Shown: positions 40,510 to 51,310 of the stretch, in pieces | Position numbering within the stretch: the first letter of the stretch is position 1 | Layout: each line of letters starts with the position of its first letter | NCBI GenBank assembly: GCA_963776275.1 | Contig: CAVZMI010000005.1 | Location: forward strand, 1 to 64,000 | Reading direction: 5' to 3' | Source of the DNA: Ignavibacteriota bacterium | GTDB taxonomy: Bacteria; Bacteroidota; Ignavibacteria; UBA10030; CAVZMI01 | DNA length: 64,000 nucleotides | Translations under genes and position numbers: made by a program | Notes under the pieces: generated by a model | What the model saw: only the letters and a program-made list of their open reading frames with translations | What the model was told of the DNA's origin: nothing | Databases searched by the model: none

Positions 40510-40540
40510 CCGCCAGGATTGAGAAGAAGCATCCTGGCGG
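40510..40540. terminator. Hairpin downstream of tpiA (possible terminator or palindromic element)
   Basis: CCGCCAGGAT-N11-ATCCTGGCGG; no clear U tract. Confidence 0.4.
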
Positions 40541-40580
40541 CTACATATCACCGCAATTTTTCACAACTAGCAATTTTGCA

Positions 40581-40609
40581 TTGCTTTCCCTACCTTTTTT
40601 TGTTATATT
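40581..40609 (+). promoter_or_regulatory. Sigma70-like promoter
   Basis: TTGCTT, 17-nt spacer, TATATT with extended TGn. Confidence 0.5.
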
Positions 40610-40671
40610 CCTTTAAGTTAGGGGGTCATGTCCTGATTATTAGCACTTTTCTGAACAATTAAGCTTTCTCG

Positions 40672-43282
40672 ATGCATAAATTCCTGCAGTCATTTCATAT
40701 CTCAATCATCGTTTTTCTTGGCATCAGCGGTATTTCCCTCTCACAACAGCGTTTTCTTGAAAATGGGGAGCCTACATATCGAGGAACAGGAATCGGGACG
40801 TATATTGATACGCCGAAACGCATAAAACTCGATCTTTCAGGCGTGTGGAAATACACTCTTGATGACGAAAAGTGGGATGATGTTCGTGTGCCGAGTGCCT
40901 ATGATTTCCAGGGGAAGGTGACATTCGTCCGCTCTTTCGACGTTTCATCAGATTTGGTTGGAAATGCTGCATTCACACTTGTATGCTATGGTATAAACTA
41001 TAACGCAGAGGTTTATCTCAACGGATCGTTTGTCGGCCGGCATATCGGTGGATCGACGTCCTTCTCATTCCCGATTCCTGATAATTTGATACAGGTAGGG
41101 AGTGAAAACTCCATCCGTGTAGTAGTGAATAACACGTTGAACGCGAAGAATACCCTCCCATTGCGTCAGCAGATATGGGGATGGAGGACTTATGGAGGCA
41201 TTACACGTGATATCTTCATCCTTGTCACTCCCCGTGTATGGGCAGGGGATATCGAGATACGTTCGGCACTTGCTGAAAATCTTCTGAGTGCAACAATATC
41301 GTTTAAAGCTCGCATTGAGAATAATTATAATGAACCCCAGCGTGGTGGACAGACAGCTACGGATATTCTATCGCTGTCTCACTTTATGGTATATTCTGAA
41401 ATCGTCGATCAACAAACAGGAAATATTGTCGCCCACTCCGGTTTTATCCCGGTTCAGCCGGCATATCGAAAAACTACGACTTCCGAATTCTCTCTTATCC
41501 TTCAAAATCCAAGATTATGGTCTCCATCGGTACCCGATCTTTATGTAGCAAAATTATATATAACAAAAGATGGTGAGATTGTTGATGAATTTGATGAGAA
41601 TATCGGTGTTCGACGGGTGGTTAAAGAAGGGAACGAACTTTATTTAAACGGCTCCAGACTTACTCTGAAAGGTGTTGTATGGCGGGAAGATGATCCTCAT
41701 TATGGCAGTGCGATGACATATGATGCGATTGAAAGAGATATCGCTTTGATTAAGAGTCTCGGTGCAAATCTCATCCGTGTCGCCAACTCCAGTCCGCACC
41801 CATACGTTGTCAATCTCTGCGATCGGTACGGAATATTTTTAATGGAAGATCTCCCCGTCTGGGACATTCCCGCAGAAATTCTGGCAAAAGAATATGTGCA
41901 GGAGGAAGCCCGCACAATGCTTCGGGAAATGATCGAGCGGGACCGGAATCATCCATCGGTTATTGCATGGGGACTTGCCGACGCATTTGATTCTTCGGAT
42001 CCCCTGAACCCAGCAGTTTGTCTTTTCACTTTATACATTGGCCAAGACTCTCGATTCACAATTCACCTATGTTGCCACGAGCATGCTTGCCAACGATACG
42101 TGTTGTTCTTTCGTGGATCTTGCTGGTTTCAACTGGACCGGTTCGGAGGCAAAGGAATTTCGCAGTGCATTACAGCAATGGAAAAAAAAGCATCCTCGCC
42201 AGCCGATCATTGTCACTCGATATGGAAAAGAAATCGAACCTGAAAATCACAACGGATACAGCGATCCGATGTCGCTCGAATCGCAGGCCAGGTATTTTCA
42301 GCTTAATTACAAAATAATCCAGGATGCCGGAATCGCCGGCAGTACGGCCTGGGCCTTTGCAGACTGGCGTGGCGACCGTCCACTAATGACGGTCGATTCT
42401 CACGACCGGTATCTCTATACAATGGGGTTGGTGAACGCGTATCGGGAAAAGAGAATAGCCTTTGAAGTATTTAAAGCGCTGTTGAACGGAGAAAAAATTT
42501 CCGCTCTTCCAATAGGGAATTATAGTGAAATCTCACCAATGATCTTTCTGATTGTCGGGATGATTCTTCTCCTAACGGTTGCATATTTCTATAACAGCAA
42601 CAGGCGCTTCCATGAAAATATCAACCGATCATTGCTTCGGCCGTATAACTTTTTTGCCGATATCCGTGATCAACGATTTCTTTCGCCGCTCCAGACAATT
42701 ATTCTTGCCTTCTTTATTGCCGTAACGATTGCGATTGTGACATCTAGTGTGCTGTACCATTTCCGGAACAGTAAATTGCTTGATTATGTACTCACACATT
42801 TTATCGTATGGGATTCACTCAAGGCGTCCATTAGCTCTCTTGTGTGGAGTCCATGGCAATGCATCATTGTATTAACGGCCGGTATGCTGTGTAAGTATCT
42901 TTTTTTAATCATGATCGTTTTCGGATTGCAGCTCTTTACAAAGCAGAGAATATTTTTTTATCATGCATTTTCCATCACTGTGTGGTCGACGTTACCTATG
43001 TTACTTCTTGTACTGGTCGCGATGTTTCTCTATCGTGTTCTGGAGAACGATACCTTTGTGCTCCCGGTGCTCATATTTCTGGCGATTATTTCACTCTGGG
43101 TGATTGTACGACTGTTGAAATCGATCTCGATTATTTATGATATTTCAGCCGGAAAGGTTTATAGTATCGGCGTAGTCGTGATGATTCTCGTAGGCGGGAG
43201 TATGCTTGCGTATTACGACTTTACACAATCGACGATCGCATATTATAAATTTTTTGTCACCATGTTGCAACACGCTCATTAA
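40672..43282 (+). CDS. GH2-fold protein fused to a C-terminal multi-pass membrane domain; one frameshift near 42007
   Basis: GH2 motifs YGGITRD, PRLWSP..P.LY, G.N.IR, CDRYG, RDRNHPSVIAW, W.FAD.R; about 6-7 TM helices in the last 250 aa. Confidence 0.85.
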
Positions 43283-43294
43283 GGAACGGATTCG

Positions 43295-46200
43295 ATGTAT
43301 CTCTCGAAGCTCGAAATCGTCGGATTCAAATCATTTGCCAACAAGACCGCGATGCGATTCGACGCAGGAATAACAGCTATTGTCGGTCCGAATGGTTGCG
43401 GCAAAACGAATGTTGTGGACGCAATACGCTGGGCATTGGGTGAACAAAAAGTTACGACGCTGCGAAGCGATAAAATGGAAGACGTAATTTTTAACGGAAC
43501 ACGCAATCGCAAGCCGCTTGGAATGTCCGAAGTCTCGCTCTCAATAGAAAACACCAGGGGTATATTACCGACCGAATATTCAGAAGTAACGATATCGCGA
43601 AGATTGTTCAGGTCCGGCGAGAGCGAATATCTTATCAATATGACTCCATGCCGACTCAAAGATATAATCGATCTATTTATGGACACAGGTATGGGAGCTG
43701 ATGCCTATTCGGTCATCGAACTGAAAATGATAGAGGTGATTCTGAGCGATAAAACCGAAGAACGGCGGAAACTATTCGAAGAAGCAGCCGGCGTTACAAA
43801 ATATAAACAGCGGCGGAAATCAGCCTACAGAAAACTGGAGAGTGTGCAACAGGATTTACTCCGTGTCAATGATATTGTCAAAGAAGTCCAGAAGGCGGTC
43901 AACTCCCTTGAACGCCAGGCGAAGAAAGCGGAACAATATAACGAGATTGCCGCACGGTTAAGAACCCTTGAAATCGATCTTTTCGAGCATGAGTATGCTC
44001 AGCTCATCGCATTCACAAAACCCCTGCAGGAAAAACTTACAATTGCTCTTGATGATAAAAACCATATTGACGAAGAACTTTCACGGCAGGAGGCTCTTCA
44101 CGAGGTTCTGCAGGGTGAACTTGTCGCTCTTGAATCGAAACTTATCGATGCCCAGCGCGGGCTTTCACTGCAACTTGAACGTATTCGAAATGTCGAGCAG
44201 CGGAATCTAGTCGCCGCCGAGCAGGCGAAATCTCTAACTGCAAATATCAGCCGGTACGAACAGGAAAAGATAGATCTGACAAATCAACGGGTTCGTCTCA
44301 TCGATGAAAAACGGGAAACTCACAGGAAACGAGAGGCGGTGCATCAAGAGCTCAATGGCAGAGAGGCTGACTATACAACACGAAAAGAAGAACTCGACCG
44401 TTTCGAAGAAAAACTTCTGAGAAAGAAAACCGAGGTAAAAGCCGTTCATGAACCGGGCCATTGAATATGTGCATCGGATTAGCGAAAAAAAGGGGGAACA
44501 GGAAAGGCTGAAATCCCGGATCGAGAATATTAGGGGCCGCGTCGAACATCTTCAGGAAGAAAGTACCTATTATAAAGAAGATATAAAAGAAAAAAATGAG
44601 CTTGTCGGACGATTGAGCAATGAAGATCGTGAACTCCGGAAACAATATGCGGGTGCGCAGGTCCGGTTGAGCAGTATTGAAAATCTCCGCCAGCAGCTCA
44701 AAAATGAAATTGATGAGCTTCGTAATTCCGAATTGGAATTGCGGGCACAGATCGACAGGAAAACGTCGCGTATCGAATTCCTTCAGGGTCTGATCGAACG
44801 GCATGAAGGAATGACCGACGGTGCGAAGTATCTGCTGACATCGGCGGAATCGGACTCCGCAAGTCAAATCACCCTTGGTGATACGATTACGACCGATGAG
44901 CGTTACCGCATCGCTGTGGAGGCCGCCCTCGGCAATAGTACACATTTTCTCGTAGTGAATTCGGTTGAGGATGCATATCGCGGAATCCATATGCTGAAGC
45001 AAGTCAGGCAGGGGAAGGCGACGTTCATCTGCCTCGACAGGATTCCGGCCGTAAGATTGCAGAAAGTGCTTCCCGATAATCAGGGAGTCTATGGTTGGCT
45101 TGCCGATGTGATCACATGCGATCTGCAATATTATAATCTCCTTCACTATCTCCTCGAAGGGATCGTTCTTGTCGAAAATATTGACGTGGCGAAAGCCTGT
45201 CTCGATCAATCCACCGGTAGCAGTATTGCTGCGTGTGCGACACTCGACGGCGAAGTAATCAGTCACGATGGTGTCGTCAAAGGAGGAAGTCTTCGCCAGG
45301 ACGAAGGCGGACTCATCGGAACGAAATCACAGGTCAAGGAGTTGCAGCGCGAACTTAGCGCACTTCAGAAGAAACTCGGCGAAACACAGACTTCGATCGA
45401 AGAGAAACAACGACAGCAAAACGAAATCGACACCTCATCGAATGTCGGCGAAGTGAAGAATATAGAGAAAGAAATGACCGCTGTCGAGATGCGAATTGCC
45501 CAGGTAGAGTTTGAAAAAAAACGTGCCGGCGATTCGATCCGGCGCAATGAAGAAGAGTGTGATAAGCTTCAGCAGGAGATCGCAACTATAGAAACTCCTC
45601 TTTCGGAATTTACTCCGTTGATCAATCAGCTGGAGAAAGAACGATCGGAGGCCGAACGAAATCTTGGTGTCGCCCAGAATGAGCTTGAAAAACTGGAAGC
45701 GGACTGGGACAGGCATTCAAAAATTGTTAACGATCTCAGCGTTCAGATTGCAACACTCAAAGGAGAAGAGCGTAACCTGACCCGCGAGAGCGAACATGCC
45801 GATGAAACAATGAACGATATTCAAATGATGCTTGAAAAGCGTGATACTGATATCGACCTCGCCAGAAAAGAGATTCACCAGCGGGAAACCGAGCAGGAGA
45901 AGAATCTGCGAATTCTTAAGGATCTGAAGGCCGAATTTGAGGCCGGTGAAGGCAAACGTGACAATGTTCAGCGTGAGTACATCGCAAAAAAGGATGAAAT
46001 TCATTCCCTACAGATGAGAATCCGGGATGAGCGGCAACTGCACGATTCATCGATGAATAGTACACACGAACTGGAAATGAAAATTTCAGAGCTGACAATG
46101 AAGGCCGAACATCTGGTTCAACGGGCCAAGCAGGAGCTGGACGTTCGATCTCATCTTGAAAGTCTATCCGGAAGAAAAACAGTTCGATTTTACCGGTGTG

Positions 46201-46860
46201 AATGACGACATACGCGCATTGAAAGACAGACTCCGCTCGCTCGGCTCTGTCAACTTTGCTGCATTTGAAGAATATACGACGGAAAAAGAACGTTACGAAT
46301 TTCTTGAAGCCCAGCGGAGCGATCTGTGGGAAGCTGAGAAAACACTGCTCAATACAATCGAAGAGATCAATGCCACAGCGCAACAAAAATTTAACGACAC
46401 ATTTGCACAGATTAGGGAAAATTTCATTGCCATTTTTAAAGGATTATTTGAAGAAGGCGATGAATGCGATCTGAAACTCGAAGATCACATCGATCCGCTC
46501 GAAGCAAGGATTGAAATCACTGCGAAACCGAGAGGGAAACGACCGACTTCGATTGACCTGCTTTCCGGCGGTGAAAAGACACTGACGGCTATCGCCTTGT
46601 TATTCGCGATTTATCTGGTGAAGCCGAGTCCTTTCTGTATTCTCGATGAAGTGGATGCACCGCTTGATGATTCGAATATCGATCGATTCGTGCGCATTAT
46701 CAGACGGTTCAGCGATAACACACAGTTCATTATCGTAACGCACAATAAAAGGACAATGGAATCGGCAAACGCCATGTACGGTGTAACGATGGAAGAAGAA
46801 GGCGTATCGAAACTTGTATCGGTTCGATTTAAAGAAGGAGCGACAGTATCAGCAGAATAA
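43295..46860 (+). CDS. smc: Chromosome segregation protein SMC; frameshifts near 44452 and 46146
   Basis: GFKSFA, GPNGCGKTN, hinge (G.ATFI.LD, TLDGE), LSGGEK and ILDEVDA across three overlapping ORFs. Confidence 0.95.
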
Positions 46861-46861
46861 A

Positions 46862-47593
46862 ATGGCATATTCGTTGAAGATTTTTTGTGATTTTGACGGT
46901 ACGGTTGCGGCCAATGACGTTGGCAGAAGATTTTTTGAGACATTCGGAAACGAGGAAATCCCGAAGATCTTTGAGGATCTCTATAAAGGGATTATTACTC
47001 CCAGGGAGTGCTACAATAGAGAGTTTGCAGCGCTGCACGGACTGACGCTGGCATCGTTTGAGGAGTTTGTCCGGAAACAAGCAATTGATCCGCATTTCAA
47101 GGAATTTGTCGAATTCTGTCGTGAACGAAAGATCGATTGCTGGGTCCTGAGCGACGGATTCGATTTTTATATCGAACGGATCCTCGCGCGATTCGAATTG
47201 AAGGATGTACCGTTTTTTTCAAATCACCTTGTGTACTCAATTAGACAGGATTCGGACGAGTTGCTGGTTGAGCCGCAATTCCCATTTACCGACAGTGAAT
47301 GTGATCGCTGTGCAAACTGCAAACGGAATCATATGCTGACACTGTCGGGCGATGACGATATTATCGTCTATGTTGGAGATGGAATCTCCGATCGCTGTCC
47401 TGTACGGTATTCGGATATCGTGTTCGCAAAAGAAGAGCTTGTGAAATATTGCCAGGAAGAAAATATTACTTATTTCGAGTATAGAACATTCCGTGAAGTG
47501 ATAAATCGTCTCACAGAATTGCTCGGGCGGAAACGTTTAAAAAAACGCAGGGAAGCTGAAGTATGCAGGCGCGATGTCTTTGTACAGGGATAA
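46862..47593 (+). CDS. MtnX-like HAD-IB phosphatase
   Basis: FCDFDGT, LSDG, CK, YVGDG.SD, FAK. Confidence 0.88.
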   Translation: MAYSLKIFCDFDGTVAANDVGRRFFETFGNEEIPKIFEDLYKGIITPRECYNREFAALHGLTLASFEEFVRKQAIDPHFKEFVEFCRERKIDCWVLSDGFDFYIERILARFELKDVPFFSNHLVYSIRQDSDELLVEPQFPFTDSECDRCANCKRNHMLTLSGDDDIIVYVGDGISDRCPVRYSDIVFAKEELVKYCQEENITYFEYRTFREVINRLTELLGRKRLKKRREAEVCRRDVFVQG

Positions 47594-47597
47594 TATC

Positions 47598-48185
47598 ATG
47601 GATCTCCGAAAGGTATTATTTACTTACAGAAGCTACACGCCGATCCCTTTTCTGGTTGTGATGGTTCTCTGGGCGCATCCGACACTCGGAAGCCTTCTCG
47701 GAGGATTTTCTCTTGCACTCTTTGGAGAAACCTTACGGTTCTGGGGAGTCTCCATTGCAGGAAGCGAAACACGGACAACAGGAACAGTCGGCGCGAGTCG
47801 GCTGATTGTGGGCGCACCGTTTGCATATGTCCGTAATCCGCTTTATATCGGAAATATTATACTGTATTGTGGTATCGGCATCATGGCAAATGCGCTGTTG
47901 CCCTGGTTGCTTATCATCGCTTTCGTGTACTTCGTGTTTCAATATCTGATGATTGTTTCGAGCGAGGAGGAATACCTTGCACAGAATTTTGGCAAAGAAT
48001 ATACAGAGTATATGCGAAATGTTCCACGGTTTATTCCACGGTTTGTCCCCTGGGTGTCGGAACAACAAAAAGGGCAATCTGCGGATATACACCGCGGGTT
48101 ACAATCGGAGCGAAGAACTCTTCAGGCAGTTGCTCTCATCACGCTCCTGCTTATTTTGATCGGGCTCATACGAGGCGGGGCATGA
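47598..48185 (+). CDS. Isoprenylcysteine carboxylmethyltransferase/PEMT family membrane methyltransferase
   Basis: GE.LR.W, PFAYVRNPLY.G, EEEYL...FG..Y..Y...VPRFIP. Confidence 0.85.
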   Translation: MDLRKVLFTYRSYTPIPFLVVMVLWAHPTLGSLLGGFSLALFGETLRFWGVSIAGSETRTTGTVGASRLIVGAPFAYVRNPLYIGNIILYCGIGIMANALLPWLLIIAFVYFVFQYLMIVSSEEEYLAQNFGKEYTEYMRNVPRFIPRFVPWVSEQQKGQSADIHRGLQSERRTLQAVALITLLLILIGLIRGGA

Positions 48186-49318
48186 TCAATCGTGTTCTTA
48201 TTGTTGCGGGTGATCCATCGGGCGATCTTCATGGTGCAGGGGTTGTCGATGAACTCCGCCGCCGTCTCCCGGATATCGATCTATACGGAATCGGCGGTAA
48301 CAGGATGAAAAATGCGGGAATGGAATTAATATACAATGCGAATGACCTCTCTTTCATGGGATTCGCTGAGGTTGTGAAACATTTACCGTTCATCCGTCAG
48401 GTCGAGAAAAGTCTTGAGGGATATCTTGTCTCGCGGCGCCCGGATATTGTCCTGTTAATCGACTATCCCGGATTCAACCTGCGATTTGCCCGGAGAGTGA
48501 AGAATCATGGAATTCCGGCGGTTTATTATATCAGTCCGCAGGTGTGGGCCTGGGGCAAAAGAAGATTGAAGAAAATGAAGCATGTAATCGATAAAATGCT
48601 CGTCGTTTTCCCTTTTGAGAAGGAGTTATACGAGAATGAACGTATCCCCGCGGAGTTTGTGGGTCATCCTCTGCTCGATGTCATGCGCGTGAGATTGACG
48701 CGTGCTGAATTTTTTTCAGAACAAAGATTCGATAACGGGGATAAATTACTGGGGCTGTTTCCTGGAAGCCGCGCACAAGAAATCGAACGAATGCTTCCGG
48801 TGATGCTGGATGCGGTGCAATTGATACGCGAGCATCACAATATACAGGTTGCAGTGAGCAAGGCCCCGAATCTGCCGGCTGAATGTTATCGGAATTTTCT
48901 GTGCCGCTCACCGGACGCACGATTGGTGGAAGATAGAACATACGAGTTGATGAAATATTCGGATGCGGCAATTGTGACATCGGGGACGGCGACCCTCGAG
49001 ACTGCGTGTTTCGAAACACCAATGGTGGTTGTGTACAAAGCTTCACGGATTTCGTATTTTATCGGCCGGTTATTGGTGTCGGTGAAAAGCATCGGACTTG
49101 TGAATATCGTCGCCGGCAAAAGGATTGTTCCGGAACTTATCCAGCATGAAGCAAATGCTGAAGCAATTGCGTTTAATATAAATCAGTTTTTTGATAAACC
49201 GCTCCTCGCCGCAGAGATAAGAAGTGAACTTGCGAAAGTCAAGGGAAAACTCGGTGTTCCAGGGGCGGCGGGAAGAGTTGCTGAAACACTTATTAATTTT
49301 CGGCTCAACCGGGGTTGA
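48182..49318 (+). CDS. lpxB: Lipid-A-disaccharide synthase
   Basis: AGDPSGDLHG, IDYPGFN, SPQVWAW, FVGHP, PGSR..E, SGTATLE. Confidence 0.95.
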   Translation: MINRVLIVAGDPSGDLHGAGVVDELRRRLPDIDLYGIGGNRMKNAGMELIYNANDLSFMGFAEVVKHLPFIRQVEKSLEGYLVSRRPDIVLLIDYPGFNLRFARRVKNHGIPAVYYISPQVWAWGKRRLKKMKHVIDKMLVVFPFEKELYENERIPAEFVGHPLLDVMRVRLTRAEFFSEQRFDNGDKLLGLFPGSRAQEIERMLPVMLDAVQLIREHHNIQVAVSKAPNLPAECYRNFLCRSPDARLVEDRTYELMKYSDAAIVTSGTATLETACFETPMVVVYKASRISYFIGRLLVSVKSIGLVNIVAGKRIVPELIQHEANAEAIAFNINQFFDKPLLAAEIRSELAKVKGKLGVPGAAGRVAETLINFRLNRG

Positions 49319-49365
49319 AATAAAATCGGAGTGGTTAACAATCGATAAGCAATGGCAGTCGTGAC

Positions 49366-50481
49366 GTGAAAATCATTCTGACGCGGAAGCTTGTCTCTGC
49401 CCGTCCGCCTGTTTTTAAAGAGCGAACTGGCGAACGCCGTTGGCTGAGCGGGGCACTGATTCCGATTTCGTTGTTGTACGGTCTAATCATCATGTTGCGA
49501 AACTGGCTCTATGATCATGAGTTTCTACGATCAGTTGATGTCGGAGTACCGGTAATCTCGATTGGGAATATCACGGTTGGGGGTACTGGAAAAACTCCAC
49601 TGGTTGGATTGATTGCTTCACAATTGTGCAGAGAAGGGAAGCGCGTTGCGATTGTAAGCCGAGGCTACAGACGAAAATCAGCGGGTCCGGTAATTGTTAG
49701 TAACGGCAATGCCATCCTTGCTGATGCTGTGCAGGGAGGGGATGAGTCTGTAGAACTTGCTATAAAAGTTCCGGCGGCCATGGTTGCAGTAGATACAAGA
49801 AGGGTTCGGGTGAGCCGGATGATCGTCCAACAAGGAAAACCCGATGTGATTCTGATGGATGACGGGTTTCAGCATCGCGCGCTTTATCGCAATTGCGATT
49901 GTGTCGTCGTTGATGCTAATATGTTGCCGGACGAAACTCGGATTCTTCCTGCCGGGATGCGGCGGGAACCTCTACGGTCGCTGGAAAGAGTCGATGTATT
50001 TATTCTTTCAAAATGGCAGGAGGGAATCGACACGGAAAAAGTCCGGGCATGTCTGCATCGGTACTCTGACGCTCCGGTCGTGGTGTGCCGTTATGTTCCA
50101 ATAATGTTGCATGACATGATCAATAACATTGCCATGAATGTCGGTCAAGCCCGTGGACGACAGGGTATTGCGTTCTGCGGCATCGGATCTCCGGAGACAT
50201 TCTATCGGACACTAGGTGAACTGGGGGTTTCGATTGTATCGGTAGTTCAATTTGCCGATCATCACTATTACACTGCGAGTGATATAAAAAAAATTGTCGA
50301 ACTTGCATATGCTCAGGGAGCGGAGATGATTTTTACCACCGAGAAGGATGTAGTGCGGTTATCGGGGTCGTTAATGAAGGGATTCAAGACAGAAGTGCCG
50401 CTGGTAACCGTCGAAATGGCTGTGAGATTCGTCGAAGGGGAAGACCTTCTCTGGTCGAGGCTGCGGAAGGTGATGCAATGA
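49366..50481 (+). CDS. lpxK: Tetraacyldisaccharide 4'-kinase
   Basis: SIGNITVGGTGKTP, SRGY, DDGFQH, PAG.RE, F.DHH, TTEKD. Confidence 0.93.
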   Translation: MKIILTRKLVSARPPVFKERTGERRWLSGALIPISLLYGLIIMLRNWLYDHEFLRSVDVGVPVISIGNITVGGTGKTPLVGLIASQLCREGKRVAIVSRGYRRKSAGPVIVSNGNAILADAVQGGDESVELAIKVPAAMVAVDTRRVRVSRMIVQQGKPDVILMDDGFQHRALYRNCDCVVVDANMLPDETRILPAGMRREPLRSLERVDVFILSKWQEGIDTEKVRACLHRYSDAPVVVCRYVPIMLHDMINNIAMNVGQARGRQGIAFCGIGSPETFYRTLGELGVSIVSVVQFADHHYYTASDIKKIVELAYAQGAEMIFTTEKDVVRLSGSLMKGFKTEVPLVTVEMAVRFVEGEDLLWSRLRKVMQ

Positions 50482-51238
50482 ACGTCAATCCGGAGCGTAT
50501 GGTGATCGGGGTGACGGACTGCGGTGTGAAGTTCGAGAACTATACACGCTGGCTTGAAACATCGGCCCGGCAAATGCAGATCATAAGGCTTTCCGTAGCA
50601 TTGCACAATTACGGTGAAGTGGATCGATGTGATGGGGTATTGCTGACCGGCGGTGGTGATATTCATCCAAAGTTTTTTGGTAAACCGGATGCTGTTGAAG
50701 AACTCGATCCGAAGGAGGTTGATGAATACCGGGACGAGTTTGAGCTCAAGATCACAGAACGGTTAGTCAGGCGGGATATTCCGCTGCTCGGTATTTGCCG
50801 GGGGTTGCAGGTTGTCAATATATATCATGGTGGAGATATTATTCTCGATCTGATGAAATTCGGGAAGAAGGAACACGGGACGATCAATGGTTCCGGCGAC
50901 CCGGCTCAACTGAGTAATAGGGAGCAGGTGGAAAGTCGGGATCGGATGCACCAGATCGTCGTTGAACCCGGTTCACGGTTACAGGCCTATGTCCGGGCAA
51001 CACAGGGAGTTGTCAATAGCTCGCATCATCAAGCAGTCGGCCGTGTGGGCAAAGAGCTTCGCAGCACGGCATGGTCCAACGACGGTGTGATCGAAGCGCT
51101 CGAATCAGCAGAGACCGCGGAAATTTTTTGCTGCTTGTTCAGTGGCATCCTGAGCGTTTGGCGGTGGAGAATACATTCTCGATGGGTGTGCGTGATGGGT
51201 TTCTGGATGCCGCCAGGCAGTATGCGCTGGCGCATTGA
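50478..51238 (+). CDS. Peptidase C26/gamma-glutamyl-gamma-aminobutyrate hydrolase family; one frameshift near 51120
   Basis: LTGGGDI, LGICRG.Q, VNSSHHQA. The QWHPE motif is in the shifted frame, which ends at TGA 51236-51238. Confidence 0.85.
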
Positions 51239-51310
51239 CAGAACTAGTTTAGTAATTCATTGATGAATAAAAAAAGCACGTCTTACTGATTTAAGGAAGG
51301 ATACAAAAAC

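Noticed and set aside
43295-46860. smc and other split genes as true pseudogenes or programmed frameshifts
   Set aside because: All motifs are intact, no in-frame stops accumulate and no consistent slippery sites are present; sequencing indels are more parsimonious.
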